From positions 1 through 64,000 of IMG/VR virus record IMGVR_UViG_3300020050_009513: a DNA stretch of 64,000 nucleotides, one strand, 5' to 3'. The notes under the pieces were generated by a model. It was given only the letters and a program-made list of their open reading frames with translations, had not been told where the DNA came from and made no database searches. Position 1 is the first letter of the stretch, and the number at the start of each line of letters is the position of its first letter. The translations under genes and the position numbers were made by a program. This stretch comes from a virus. Its lineage: Duplodnaviria; Caudoviricetes. Of the stretch, positions 54,205 through 63,992 are shown in pieces.

Positions 54205-55920
54205 ATGGCACGCAATATTCTTGATGATATCCTAGGTAACGGAATGATGCAGGCTGACACTGGCTCTATGGGGCAGTCTATTCAAGATGATATTCGTCGC
54301 CAAGCCAACCTAGAACAAAGCCTTCAGGCTATGGAAGAGGAGCGTCCTACTCTAGCAAGCTCTATCCAAGATGAAAGTGCGGCTGCTGGATTAGAAGTCC
54401 CGCCTCCTATGCCTTCGCTTGCAGAACAAATGCGTGATCCTAAATTGGATAAGATGTTGGGAATCGGCCCTCGTACTCCTGCTGCAACAGGAACCGCTCC
54501 TGCTGCACCTGTTGACATTGACGCTGATCGCCAAAAAGGCTTGAACGTATTTCCGTTTGATCCGGCCATTAATGCTTATCCTGATAATCCTAACTGGAAC
54601 CCTCAGGTTGCCGATAAACTTAAAAATATCGGAATGGCTCCCTTCACTATGCCGGAAGAAAATATTCTGGCTAACGTACCTAAGCCTAGTTTGAGTCTTA
54701 AAGATACTTTACCTAAGCCTAAAAAAGCTAAGGCTAAAGTTGAGGACAAGGGTCCATATGATCCTTCTGAAGAAGAAGATGCAAACGCAGCTGCTGACGC
54801 AGTTGAGGATGTTAAGGACGCTGCTGTTAAAGTTCAGGAATCTGAAGAAGATGAGTTGAGTGCTGCACAAAAGGCTAAGCGCCAAGATCAGATGCTTCAG
54901 GCTATCCTTAAGGCTAGCGCTAACATTGGTGCGGCTATTGCGGGCCAAGGCCACATTAAAGCTGACCTATCTTCTATCGAAGCTTTCGATCCTTTGGTCG
55001 GCTCTCAGCTTGAAGACTTAAAAGAAAAGCGTACTCAAGAAAAGAGTATGATTGAGCTTGACAAATTGCGTGACCAACGCAAAGATGATAAGGCTAAAGC
55101 TGATCCTGCTAGCGAGATCTCTCAGATTGCTCGTAACATGGTTATTCCTGATTTACGTAAACTGGGTATGAATGACCTGGCTGATCGTATTATTTCTAGC
55201 AATGCTAGTCATAAGCAGATTGAAGACTTGTTTGGTCAAAACAGCCTGGCTAATCGTATTAACCAGCATGAAGCTTCGTTGGCTCGTATTGCATCTTCAA
55301 ATGCTTTGCGGGAAGCTCGTAAAGAAGGCGCAGATCAGCGCAATGACGACAAGCGTCAGGCTCAGATTCAAGGACTACGTAAAGAACTTATGTCGGGAAC
55401 TCTTGGTAAGCAATATGCTAACTACTTATCTGCTGCTCGGGCTGACGAAATGCTTACTGAATTTGCCAAAAATCCTACTGGTTACTCTGATTACGGTTCC
55501 TTGATGGGCGCTCTTAAAGCCTTGCAAGGTGACGAGTCCGTTGTACGTGAGGCGGAGATTCGGTTAGGTATGCAGGCTACATCCTTGCCTAATAAACTAG
55601 CCAACTGGGTTAGCAGCGCAAGCACGGGTAAAATGTTGCAGCCTAAGCAACGTCAAGATATGATTAAAGCTATTAAGATTTTGTCTCAGGTATCTAAAGA
55701 TAAATTCCATGAAGCCTCTGCTCCGGTTATGCAACAAGCTGAACTTATGGGAATTGATCCTAAGTATTTGATTGGCGGCCAAATGACTGGCGCGGATCAG
55801 CCTCAAGTTTCAGGTGAACAAAAGAAAACCTTAGTTAAGAAGTTGCAAAATAAAGCTGCTAATAAAACTAAGTATATTTATTCTGACGGTTCTGAAGAAG
55901 TTGTTGACGGATTAAAGTAA
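54205..55920 (+). CDS. internal virion / DNA ejection protein
   Basis: Helical; third gene of ejection block. Confidence 0.65.
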   Translation: MARNILDDILGNGMMQADTGSMGQSIQDDIRRQANLEQSLQAMEEERPTLASSIQDESAAAGLEVPPPMPSLAEQMRDPKLDKMLGIGPRTPAATGTAPAAPVDIDADRQKGLNVFPFDPAINAYPDNPNWNPQVADKLKNIGMAPFTMPEENILANVPKPSLSLKDTLPKPKKAKAKVEDKGPYDPSEEEDANAAADAVEDVKDAAVKVQESEEDELSAAQKAKRQDQMLQAILKASANIGAAIAGQGHIKADLSSIEAFDPLVGSQLEDLKEKRTQEKSMIELDKLRDQRKDDKAKADPASEISQIARNMVIPDLRKLGMNDLADRIISSNASHKQIEDLFGQNSLANRINQHEASLARIASSNALREARKEGADQRNDDKRQAQIQGLRKELMSGTLGKQYANYLSAARADEMLTEFAKNPTGYSDYGSLMGALKALQGDESVVREAEIRLGMQATSLPNKLANWVSSASTGKMLQPKQRQDMIKAIKILSQVSKDKFHEASAPVMQQAELMGIDPKYLIGGQMTGADQPQVSGEQKKTLVKKLQNKAANKTKYIYSDGSEEVVDGLK

Positions 55921-55939
55921 CTAGTGTAAGGTAGAAGGT

Positions 55940-58486
55940 ATGGCTAAACAAGACTCAGGATGGGAAGAAGTACCGCTAACGGGTGACGATTCAGGATGGG
56001 AAGAAGTTCCTGTTCAGAGCATCGCTATACCTTCTTCTAAAGAAGATATGACAATTCGTCCTGATGATGTCTCCATGCTTGAGAGTGCCGTTCGTGGTGC
56101 GGCTCAAGGGGCTTCCTTCGGCTTTGCCGATGAGCTTACAGGTGCTGCAGAAGCTTTAAAAGAAGCCTATGAAACTGATGATCTAGGAAAGCTTAACTGG
56201 GAAACCTACGAAAAGGGCCGGGACGAATCCCGAGCTGCTTATACAGCTGCAGAAGAAGCTAATCCTATGACCTCCCTGGCTGGTAACTTAGCCGGCGGTC
56301 TTCTTATCCCCGTACCTGGAGCTAATGCTGCTCTTAAGGGCGCTACTGGGGCTGCCAAGTTTGCTAAATTAGCTGGTATCGGTGCAGGAGCCGGGGCTCT
56401 TACCTCTATGGGGACTAGCGAAGCCGCTACTGCGCAGGACCTTGGTAAGGATGCTGCTATTGGGGCTGTTGGCGGTGCCGTAATCACTCCTGCTTTAGGT
56501 ATGGGCGTACCTGCGGTAGCTTCTAAGCTTTCTAATTGGTGGAAAAGTAATAGGTTTGGTAAGGATACCATAAATGCATTTAAACTTTCTCGGGAAAATC
56601 CGGAGTTTATGTCTCCGAAAAATGCCAAGAAGGTAGCTGATGATTTGTACAGTACGGTTGAAAATAAAATTCTTCCTATGGTAACAGATGATCTACAGGA
56701 CGCTGCATCTAAAACCTATCAAGAAGGCATTGAGCAGGCTGGAGGCGTAGCCTCTGTTGATGATTTGAATCATATGGTAGATGAGGCTTTCACAACAAGC
56801 AATCCTGCCATCTTAGCGGACCCTTCATATCAGGATCAAATTGCTAAGACTAAGGGTGTTGTTTCTGGTCTTGCTGGTGAATTGGAAGTTGCCCTTCCCT
56901 CTAAGGCAGCTAGCACTGCTGATGAAGAGGCGCGTTTAGCAGACAAGCTTAAAGATACAATGGCCAAAGAAAATACTCGTATGCGGACTGAGATTGATAA
57001 TCAGACCCGTGCTGAGACTCGTCGTCTTATCGAAGATGCAGGTAAAACAGATGCGGTTACGGCTGCACAAAAAGCAGCGAATGAATGGTTTGCAGTAGAA
57101 GAACAAAAATCTTTAGCTGATGCATACAATAAAGCTGTATCTAAAGCTGATACAGAAGTAAATGCAGTTCTTAAAGAAACATTAGATGCTATGCGCTCTA
57201 ACGGAGCTTCTTCTGCAGATATTGAGTCTGCCCGTAAATCCTTAGTTCCTAAGATTCAAAAGGCTCGGGATGATCTTGCTAAGAAATATCACCAAGATTA
57301 CATGGATTACTACACTAAGGCAAAGGCTGAAAACCCCCTTACTAAAATTAGTACCGAACCTAATCAGGTTGGCGAACAAGTACTAAAAGCAGAGTTTATT
57401 GATCCCACAGGTCGGCGCCGTGTTAAAAGCTACAATCTTAATAAACTTACCGATGCAGTAAAGGCTAAAGATCCTGCTGCTTTAACAGAAATCTCAGAGC
57501 AAATCAAAGCTGAGAAGCTGCGTGCTTTGGAATCTGCTGGCGCCCCTTCCATTGCTAAAGAGACCGATCCCGTAAGCGGTAAAGACATGATGGTACTTCG
57601 CTACTTCCGTCCTGACGGGACCGAGGTTGTTAAACCTGAGGTCATTAAAGCTGCTATGACTAGCGATACTGCTCGTATTGCTATGAAGTCTGACATGGTT
57701 GCTGAGGACGTTGTTAAGTTAAAGCGTCAGGCCCAAAATATGATGAATATGTTTGAGACCGGGCCGGGTAAGCAAGGTAACCCGGATATTTATCAAGCCG
57801 CCTCTCGTTTAAATAATGCAGCAGACATTAAACTTAAAAGTCTAGGTGTAGATCTAGATACAATTAATGCCAAATACAAAACTGTCTCTGAGGTTGCAGG
57901 GCAAACAGGTGTAGATTTGCGTGGAGGATCTATTGGTAAAGATCCTTTGCGTCGTCGTGAAGCTGCAGAGAAATTAGCTAAGGACTTCAGTACTCAACAC
58001 AAAAATATTGGTACAAACCAAGAACGTAGACTTGCTAAGACTCAAGAGATCCTAGATGAGTCCGGATTGATTGATCCTAAAAAGGTAGAAGCCACATTTA
58101 ATGAAGCTAATGATCTATCTTATAAGGACTATTTGCTTCGTAATGCGTTCAATGAATCCTACTTAGCTACAGATGCTACCAAATACGGACTAGGGACCGG
58201 GGCTTTTAATGCTCGTGGTAAACTTCTTCAGGGTACTTCTTTGGTAGGTGCAGCCACTCACCAAGTAGACAAAGGTGTAGCTGCTCTTGGTAGATCGGTA
58301 CAGTCTTTGACTCCGGACGGTTTAATTAATCTTGCTAGTAAAGTTAAGGATACAAAAATTGCTCAGCTTCTTAAGAATATTGCTTCTCAACCAGAAGGCA
58401 AACGTAAAGCTCTTATCTTCTCAATGATGCAGACCCCGGCATACCGAGAAGCTCTAAACGGGGTTCTTGGAGATATCGGTGAATAA
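55940..58486 (+). CDS. large internal virion / DNA ejection protein
   Basis: Duplicated DSGWEEVP; RGAAQGASFGFADEL...NP..SLAGNLAGG glycine-zipper segment typical of podoviral ejection proteins. Confidence 0.7.
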   Translation: MAKQDSGWEEVPLTGDDSGWEEVPVQSIAIPSSKEDMTIRPDDVSMLESAVRGAAQGASFGFADELTGAAEALKEAYETDDLGKLNWETYEKGRDESRAAYTAAEEANPMTSLAGNLAGGLLIPVPGANAALKGATGAAKFAKLAGIGAGAGALTSMGTSEAATAQDLGKDAAIGAVGGAVITPALGMGVPAVASKLSNWWKSNRFGKDTINAFKLSRENPEFMSPKNAKKVADDLYSTVENKILPMVTDDLQDAASKTYQEGIEQAGGVASVDDLNHMVDEAFTTSNPAILADPSYQDQIAKTKGVVSGLAGELEVALPSKAASTADEEARLADKLKDTMAKENTRMRTEIDNQTRAETRRLIEDAGKTDAVTAAQKAANEWFAVEEQKSLADAYNKAVSKADTEVNAVLKETLDAMRSNGASSADIESARKSLVPKIQKARDDLAKKYHQDYMDYYTKAKAENPLTKISTEPNQVGEQVLKAEFIDPTGRRRVKSYNLNKLTDAVKAKDPAALTEISEQIKAEKLRALESAGAPSIAKETDPVSGKDMMVLRYFRPDGTEVVKPEVIKAAMTSDTARIAMKSDMVAEDVVKLKRQAQNMMNMFETGPGKQGNPDIYQAASRLNNAADIKLKSLGVDLDTINAKYKTVSEVAGQTGVDLRGGSIGKDPLRRREAAEKLAKDFSTQHKNIGTNQERRLAKTQEILDESGLIDPKKVEATFNEANDLSYKDYLLRNAFNESYLATDATKYGLGTGAFNARGKLLQGTSLVGAATHQVDKGVAALGRSVQSLTPDGLINLASKVKDTKIAQLLKNIASQPEGKRKALIFSMMQTPAYREALNGVLGDIGE

Positions 58487-58781
58487 GGAAAATTGGGACA
58501 AGCTGGAAGAGTCCATTACTGAAATCAAAATGACTTTGGTACGGAATACCGTTACCTTAGAAGAGCATATGCGCCGGACGGCTGCGGCTGAAAAGAATAT
58601 TGAGATTGCTCAAGAACGTATTACCGTAGTTCAAGAAAAGCTTGAACATGATATGGAACCTATACGGGATCACGTAAAAACTGTAAACTTAATTATGCGA
58701 CTCATCGGTATTGTTACTAGTACCGTTGCTGCCACTCTCCTTTTTGTCAAGGAGTTCGGCTTGTTCAATTTCTTTAAGTAA
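58479..58781 (+). CDS. coiled-coil protein with C-terminal TM (possible holin-like)
   Basis: GTG start after GGAG; TM LIGIVTSTVAATLLFV. Confidence 0.55.
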   Translation: MNKENWDKLEESITEIKMTLVRNTVTLEEHMRRTAAAEKNIEIAQERITVVQEKLEHDMEPIRDHVKTVNLIMRLIGIVTSTVAATLLFVKEFGLFNFFK

Positions 58782-59171
58782 GTCTATCCGTTCAATGATA
58801 TGGTCCTCGGGAGAATAGGCTTCTTCTGGCGTAGTTATATCAAAATCTAATACACCCATAGCCCGCGAACGGCTAAAGATATCCCGGTTACGGGCATTGT
58901 TTGCATCAAATACCGATTTACGATGCTTCTTACTTTTGTGTAAATTACTCTTACGGTTATACTTTTTGTTCTTATTTTCATTTAAATTAGCACCAAGAAA
59001 TTCATCTTGAAACTGAGCTAGCCAAGCTTTGTCCTTATCGCTAAGCTTATTAGCGTAATCAATTTCAAAGTACTCCTGCTTAATCTTAGAGAATAGATTC
59101 TTCTCTAGTCCTGGGAACTTTGCTTTATCACGCTTAGTTGTTTTCTTTTTTGCTTTCTTTTTCTGTGCCAT
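58689..59171 (-). CDS. basic hypothetical protein
   Basis: ORF track; Lys-rich N-terminus. Confidence 0.7.
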   Translation of the reverse strand: MAQKKKAKKKTTKRDKAKFPGLEKNLFSKIKQEYFEIDYANKLSDKDKAWLAQFQDEFLGANLNENKNKKYNRKSNLHKSKKHRKSVFDANNARNRDIFSRSRAMGVLDFDITTPEEAYSPEDHIIERIDLLKEIEQAELLDKKESGSNGTSNNTDESHN

Positions 59172-59506
59172 ACCTTAGCTATTTCCTCTCGAATTTCTTC
59201 CGAGTCTGGGAAGGACTTCTTGTCCAACTTATATTTCATCATTCCACTAAAACTGCTTCTTTGTACCCAAGCTGGAAAACCGTGTTGTTTACGAAAAAAC
59301 CACTTTTGTGCTAATGGTTTTAGTCCATTAGCTTTACACCAAATACAGTAATGATAGTACACTAAGGCAGCGTCTACTCTATGTTCTAAATTTTCTACAA
59401 CACCGTAGTCTTTAAAGAACATTTGCGGATGGGAGTTGGGGTTTATATACTCCCCCTCAGCCTCCGCCGCTAACTTAAGAAGTTCCTCAAAACTCAATAC
59501 TGACAC
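59105..59506 (-). CDS. hypothetical protein (possible winged-helix DNA-binding)
   Basis: LVYYHYCIWCKANG.KP...WFFRK resembles primase C-terminal winged-helix tails; weak. Confidence 0.5.
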   Translation of the reverse strand: MSVLSFEELLKLAAEAEGEYINPNSHPQMFFKDYGVVENLEHRVDAALVYYHYCIWCKANGLKPLAQKWFFRKQHGFPAWVQRSSFSGMMKYKLDKKSFPDSEEIREEIAKVWHRKRKQKRKQLSVIKQSSQD

Positions 59507-59879
59507 TTATACCTGCCGTGGAGTTAGTCATACCCCACACACCTACACCAATGTTAGGTAGTACCTTGCGTTCAATAGCGCCGCCATAGAAGGGCTTTAA
59601 GTCTGTACCTGCCCCTACCATAGCTGTGGCCTTCCATAGCCGCTGATCTGCCTTGATAGTTGTTGTGCTGTTACTATTAACCTTACTCTTGTCTTTAATT
59701 TCTGTAACAGTTTCTTTAGTTCCATCAGGACGGGTTATCTCTTTAACCACCGTGATGATGTCCTTAGTTTCTTTTACTACTTCTACTTGTTCTGTCTTAG
59801 GAGTAGTAAATCTACGTCCACCTTCAAAGCCTAGGATAGCTGTAATTGCACACAAAAAAGCAATGCCTCGCCAGGTCAT
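59487..59879 (-). CDS. membrane-anchored protein (spanin-like or outer-membrane)
   Basis: N-terminal TM, VEVVKE.K..T segment, terminal Phe after alternating strands. Confidence 0.45.
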   Translation of the reverse strand: MTWRGIAFLCAITAILGFEGGRRFTTPKTEQVEVVKETKDIITVVKEITRPDGTKETVTEIKDKSKVNSNSTTTIKADQRLWKATAMVGAGTDLKPFYGGAIERKVLPNIGVGVWGMTNSTAGISVSIEF

Positions 59880-60574
59880 TGATCACCTCTGATATTAAGT
59901 TGTAAATCTAGTCCTACAATAGGACCAAATAGAAGATAGTCCTCATTCACTGCAGAGTTAATTCCGATAACATTATACTGCTCATCTAGAACAGGGCCAC
60001 CACTCATGCCAGGCTGAAGAAATCCGCCTTGTGCTCTAAGAAGAAAGTAGAAATTGCCAATAACTTTAGATCGAATACAGAAGAAGTCGGTTGCTTGTGG
60101 GTAGCCACAAGCAACAACATTGATCTCGGATTTCAAGTGGAGTGATTTACCTTTGAAATCTACCGGGTAGGCTTTAAATTGGTTGAAGTCTCCACGTAAG
60201 AGAGCAATGTCTCGACCCTCATCCATATAAGCCATGTTAGCTGTGGTAAATCCTTCCCAGTTTTCAGAGTATACAGAGATTGATTGTTCCGGGTTATGTA
60301 CACAATGGGCTGCTGTGAGTGCGTAATTAGCATCAATTACTACTCCGCTGCAGAAGGCAGGACCAGAGAGTAAACGAATAATCCCGGAGTATTTAGGGTT
60401 GATTGCGATGTCTTCTAGATATAATTTATCTATTTGACTATAGTTGGTTTCAGTATTAAATTCTTTGTACATATTATACAAAGCTCTGCCCATTAACCCA
60501 AAACAAACAGCAATAATAACTAGACTAATCAATCTTTTCATTGTCGTCCCCATTAAGTTCGATAGTCTTGTCAT
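59876..60574 (-). CDS. membrane-anchored trypsin-like serine protease
   Basis: CSGVVI..ALTAAHC, RDIALL, GMSGGPV; N-terminal TM. Confidence 0.9.
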   Translation of the reverse strand: MTRLSNLMGTTMKRLISLVIIAVCFGLMGRALYNMYKEFNTETNYSQIDKLYLEDIAINPKYSGIIRLLSGPAFCSGVVIDANYALTAAHCVHNPEQSISVYSENWEGFTTANMAYMDEGRDIALLRGDFNQFKAYPVDFKGKSLHLKSEINVVACGYPQATDFFCIRSKVIGNFYFLLRAQGGFLQPGMSGGPVLDEQYNVIGINSAVNEDYLLFGPIVGLDLQLNIRGDQ

Positions 60575-60833
60575 CTAAGTCAAGCTTAAAACTATCTAGC
60601 TTACGTAGACGATAGAAGACTACAGCCAGTGCCCAAAAAGAAATAGACACAAAGGCTGCGGTTAGGGTTTTATCTGTAAACATTAATGAGATGCTGGCAA
60701 TACAGGAGATAATCCCACTGAGCCAAACAAAGAATAGAGTAACAGATGGGCCATTAGATTGTTTATCGTAGGCAAGAGGAAGATACATACCTCGAATGGA
60801 CCATGTTTTTAAAATGCTTGCTAACTTAGTCAT
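60525..60833 (-). CDS. two-TM membrane protein (holin-like)
   Basis: PSVTLFFVWLSGII.. and AAFVSISFWALAVVFY. Confidence 0.55.
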   Translation of the reverse strand: MTKLASILKTWSIRGMYLPLAYDKQSNGPSVTLFFVWLSGIISCIASISLMFTDKTLTAAFVSISFWALAVVFYRLRKLDSFKLDLDDKTIELNGDDNEKID

Positions 60834-60839
60834 GAATTA

Positions 60840-60868
60840 ACTATAGCAAGAACTGTGCCAGAAGTCAA
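60840..60868 (-). promoter_or_regulatory. sigma70 promoter TTGACT-N17-TATAGT whose spacer holds a sigma54 consensus
   Basis: GTTGACTTCTGGCACAGTTCTTGCTATAGT; predicted +1 at ATG 60833. Confidence 0.7.
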
Positions 60869-61216
60869 CTATTTTTTATTAGTTTTTCTGATTTCATTTT
60901 CCTGTTTAGTTTTAATACTATGGCAGGGTTTACAAAGACGGCGCCAACCTTCGGGGGTAGAAGGGTACATACGGTCGATGTAATCATCAAATCCGGTAAA
61001 CCCCTGAACGGGATCTACTACGGGAATATGGTGATCCATTTGACTTTCTCGTTTCTTACAGATAAGACCACAGTCCTCGCAGAAATACTCATTACGTCCT
61101 AACTTAGAACGCTTCTCTGCTGCCCAACGGGTGTGCCATTTATATGTAGCCCGTCGTAATGTTTGAATTGCGAAGTTTTTTTTATGTTGATCCATCTCTG
61201 CGTTCCCTATGTCCAC
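60869..61216 (-). CDS. small HNH endonuclease
   Basis: CEDCG...MDHHIP...LCKPCH..KT. Confidence 0.85.
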   Translation of the reverse strand: MDIGNAEMDQHKKNFAIQTLRRATYKWHTRWAAEKRSKLGRNEYFCEDCGLICKKRESQMDHHIPVVDPVQGFTGFDDYIDRMYPSTPEGWRRLCKPCHSIKTKQENEIRKTNKK

Positions 61217-61484
61217 ATACAGGACATGTCTTATAAATAAACTTACCGAGGTCCATGGTTTGCATGGCTCCTCGGCGACACTCTTTACAGAACTCTACAT
61301 AAGTATCTGCAGTGCTTGTGACCTCAACAGTATCGTCTTGTCCTTCATAATCTCCAGCCTCATACATATGCTCGTGCTTTTGTAATTGCTTGAGTTGTTT
61401 AGTCAGGGACCGATTCTCTGCCTTCAGCCTACGAATTTCTCCACGCAGATGCTCAAGTTCTGAGTGAGTCTTTTTTCTAGTCAT
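61182..61484 (-). CDS. coiled-coil plus Zn-ribbon protein
   Basis: CKEC...CPVC. Confidence 0.65.
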   Translation of the reverse strand: MTRKKTHSELEHLRGEIRRLKAENRSLTKQLKQLQKHEHMYEAGDYEGQDDTVEVTSTADTYVEFCKECRRGAMQTMDLGKFIYKTCPVCGHRERRDGST

Positions 61485-61505
61485 GTTCCCTCTCAGGGGA
61501 CAGGC

Positions 61506-61925
61506 TTACTTACCAGTACTCCCAAAGCCACCAGCACCACGTTCAGTGACATTAAGTTCTGTAACCTCTTGCACTTGGATTTTGGGATAAGGTACAATCA
61601 TTAATTGCCCAACACGCTCACCTGGCTCGTAGGCTGGAGCGCCACTGATCTTTTTAAACCGCATTTTAACTTCACCGCGATATGAGCTATCAATCACGCC
61701 AACACTATTAGCTAGTGTTAAACCAGTCTTACTGATAGACGAACGTGGGTACAGTAGACCCACATATCCTTCAGGGATCTCAACAGAAAATCCTAAAGGG
61801 TATTCAATAAACCCATTAGGACTAAGTTCAATGCTTCTGGCTGTGCAGTCCATGCCAGCCGCGCCAGGTTCAGCGTAAAAAGGTAATGTTGCATCGGGGG
61901 TTTCTTTCTTAAATTTAACAATCAT
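61506..61925 (-). CDS. dut: trimeric dUTPase
   Basis: GAAGMD, PRSSISK, GVIDSSYRGE, RGAGGFGSTG; start reassigned to MIVKFKK. Confidence 0.95.
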   Translation of the reverse strand: MIVKFKKETPDATLPFYAEPGAAGMDCTARSIELSPNGFIEYPLGFSVEIPEGYVGLLYPRSSISKTGLTLANSVGVIDSSYRGEVKMRFKKISGAPAYEPGERVGQLMIVPYPKIQVQEVTELNVTERGAGGFGSTGK

Positions 61926-61931
61926 ACAAAA

Positions 61932-61960
61932 ACTATACCACCTTTCTAGATCTTTGTCAA
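61932..61960 (-). promoter_or_regulatory. sigma70 promoter TTGACA-N17-TATAGT, leaderless dut mRNA
   Basis: Direct match; predicted +1 is 61925, the A of ATG. Confidence 0.75.
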
Positions 61961-62251
61961 TATTAAACCTGCTAACATAGTTGCAAGACCTATACCTTGC
62001 CAAAAGGTTAGCGTAAATCCATTTACTAATAACGGTACTACTAAGAAACTACAAGTTAACACTGCATCAAAATACATACCATAAAGAGCCAGGGCCTCTT
62101 TAGGGACGCTTCTAGCTAAGGTAACCCATAGACCCGCCCCCAGTATAGCGAACGCTGCAGCAGCACCATAATGCGCTCTGGGTGATGGGTTTAGAAAGGG
62201 GAGGTAGGCATAGCAACTATACACTACCCCCGCTAGGAGAAGTACCATCAC
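61946..62251 (-). CDS. small multi-pass membrane protein
   Basis: Three to four hydrophobic segments. Confidence 0.65.
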   Translation of the reverse strand: MMVLLLAGVVYSCYAYLPFLNPSPRAHYGAAAAFAILGAGLWVTLARSVPKEALALYGMYFDAVLTCSFLVVPLLVNGFTLTFWQGIGLATMLAGLILTKI

Positions 62252-62775
62252 GAGTAGTACTTCCGTTTTATTAATTTTTTCTTATCTCTAAACTTATCTG
62301 CAGTGGGTAGATTGCCAGTTAGATAATAGTATCTATATACCCAAATGTCTAGTTCTATATCCATTTTCAATTTACGTTCTGGAATGGTAATTCCTACCTC
62401 ATGAGCGATCATACTACGGTACGTAGCATCAGATTTTTCACACTCATAAATAAGCTTACGTTTAGCTTTTTCAATTGGCGGATCTTTAGGTTTACGATCG
62501 CCCTCTTCAATTAACGCATTTAAAAGAGCTGGATCATCTCTCCGACCCTTGTATACAAAACCCATATGATGAGCGAGTTCATGTAGAAAATCTAATACAA
62601 TCTGCGACTTAGGCTTTCGCGGCCATATGTACATTACAATCTTTTCAGAAATACCGTCAACTGAAATAAGCGCAGCACCAGGATCACCGGGCCGATGATT
62701 TCGATATTCAACGCGTAGTCCTAACCCCTTAGCGTAGTTTTCTAGTTTTTTAATCTCGTTGTCTCGAATTGCCAC
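62248..62775 (-). CDS. HExxH metallopeptidase-like protein (ImmA/IrrE-like)
   Basis: FLHELAHH preceded by beta strands. Confidence 0.6.
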   Translation of the reverse strand: MAIRDNEIKKLENYAKGLGLRVEYRNHRPGDPGAALISVDGISEKIVMYIWPRKPKSQIVLDFLHELAHHMGFVYKGRRDDPALLNALIEEGDRKPKDPPIEKAKRKLIYECEKSDATYRSMIAHEVGITIPERKLKMDIELDIWVYRYYYLTGNLPTADKFRDKKKLIKRKYYS

Positions 62776-62831
62776 GACTATCCTCTAGAAAAAATTTAGC
62801 CATCCTTGGCCATAAAGGGGAACAATCCTTG

Positions 62832-63992
62832 TTAAATCCTTAATTTACCATTAATAACATTAATTAGTTGTCTTTGTCCATTAGCATACACGAGACAAGA
62901 AGTATTGAGCCAGCTTGAAGCTCCTCGATTGTAGTCTAGTTTAAGTTTACTAGTAGTGCCTACGCACCAAGCATCTCGAAGAATGTTCGGAGTATGGGTG
63001 TGTCCGTATACGCATTTGCCATAAGCACTTTCCATAGATACTGCAGATCCACGAGCACCATTAGATCCTATGTCACCATGCTGACCCAACTCAATATCAC
63101 TAATCTGATAGGACTCGTCTCTCTCTAGCCATTTGATTTCATGCTTAGTAGATTTTACTTTAGAATTAAAGTACTCTTTCAACGGATTCTTACCATCCAA
63201 AACATGGAGGGCTAGTTGTAATGCTAGCTTATGGTTCTGGTAGTCGGTAACGTAGTAGCCCGCGTCAAGATAACGATCCAAGAACTCATCGTGATTAGAT
63301 TTAACAACAACAACTTTACGCTTACTACTCATGTCAACAAGGTCCTGAACAAATACATCAAGCTCATCTTGCAAAGAGAGTTTATTCTCCATTGCCATCT
63401 TAGCTTTGGTCAGGTGCTTATCTTTAACGTGGTGATTAATCGAGTTACCCGAGAAGGCATCGTGAATAATCCAAGACTTTGTTTTTGTGTCAATAGACAA
63501 TTTATCCAGAGCTGCTGCAACTTGCAAATCGGTCTCGCCGCTATGCCAATCACCTAGTACCATTGCCTCAGGTGCATAGTTGGCGATAGAGCTAGGAGAA
63601 TACAAACGGCCCATATCCGCAAAACGACCTTGTTTGTCAGCTTGCACTTGGCGGAAGTGATAGAACCCGCCCTCGGCCAACTCTACAATTACCGCACCCA
63701 TAACATGATCATTACTAGCTACGTAATCATTCTGTGCAATTAGCACTGTGCTCTTGATATAGTTAGGACTTGTGATTGCTCCCGGCGACATGAGTGCGTG
63801 AGGAAGATTGGAGCCTGTGGCTACGTACTTAAGACGCTGCTTGGGGGATGCGCTAATAAACGTACCATTACGTTGTCCTACACGAGGTAGTCCTGTTACC
63901 GGGTCAGCACGTTTAGCACTATTTTTAATTCCCAAGATAGAGATGTTCGAATTAATCTTGGTGTCGTTGACAATGATCGAATACTTGGCCAA
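62832..63992 (-). CDS. calcineurin-like metallophosphoesterase (5' end probably beyond window)
   Basis: LGDWH, HDAFSG, SNHDEFL, QHGD, GHTHTP. Confidence 0.85.
   Translation of the reverse strand: MAKYSIIVNDTKINSNISILGIKNSAKRADPVTGLPRVGQRNGTFISASPKQRLKYVATGSNLPHALMSPGAITSPNYIKSTVLIAQNDYVASNDHVMGAVIVELAEGGFYHFRQVQADKQGRFADMGRLYSPSSIANYAPEAMVLGDWHSGETDLQVAAALDKLSIDTKTKSWIIHDAFSGNSINHHVKDKHLTKAKMAMENKLSLQDELDVFVQDLVDMSSKRKVVVVKSNHDEFLDRYLDAGYYVTDYQNHKLALQLALHVLDGKNPLKEYFNSKVKSTKHEIKWLERDESYQISDIELGQHGDIGSNGARGSAVSMESAYGKCVYGHTHTPNILRDAWCVGTTSKLKLDYNRGASSWLNTSCLVYANGQRQLINVINGKLRI

Noticed and set aside
55952-56012. Duplicated DSGWEEVP peptide
   Set aside because: Short acidic-aromatic N-terminal repeats are common in podoviral ejection proteins; not novel
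58689-59171. LFSKIKQEYF resembles the cargo-tag helix
   Set aside because: It is internal, lacks the LL/LM pair, and the gene is outside the late operon
61926-62003. N-terminal extension of dUTPase in the track ORF
   Set aside because: The extension coincides with a consensus promoter and overlaps the upstream gene; the ATG at 61925 fits better
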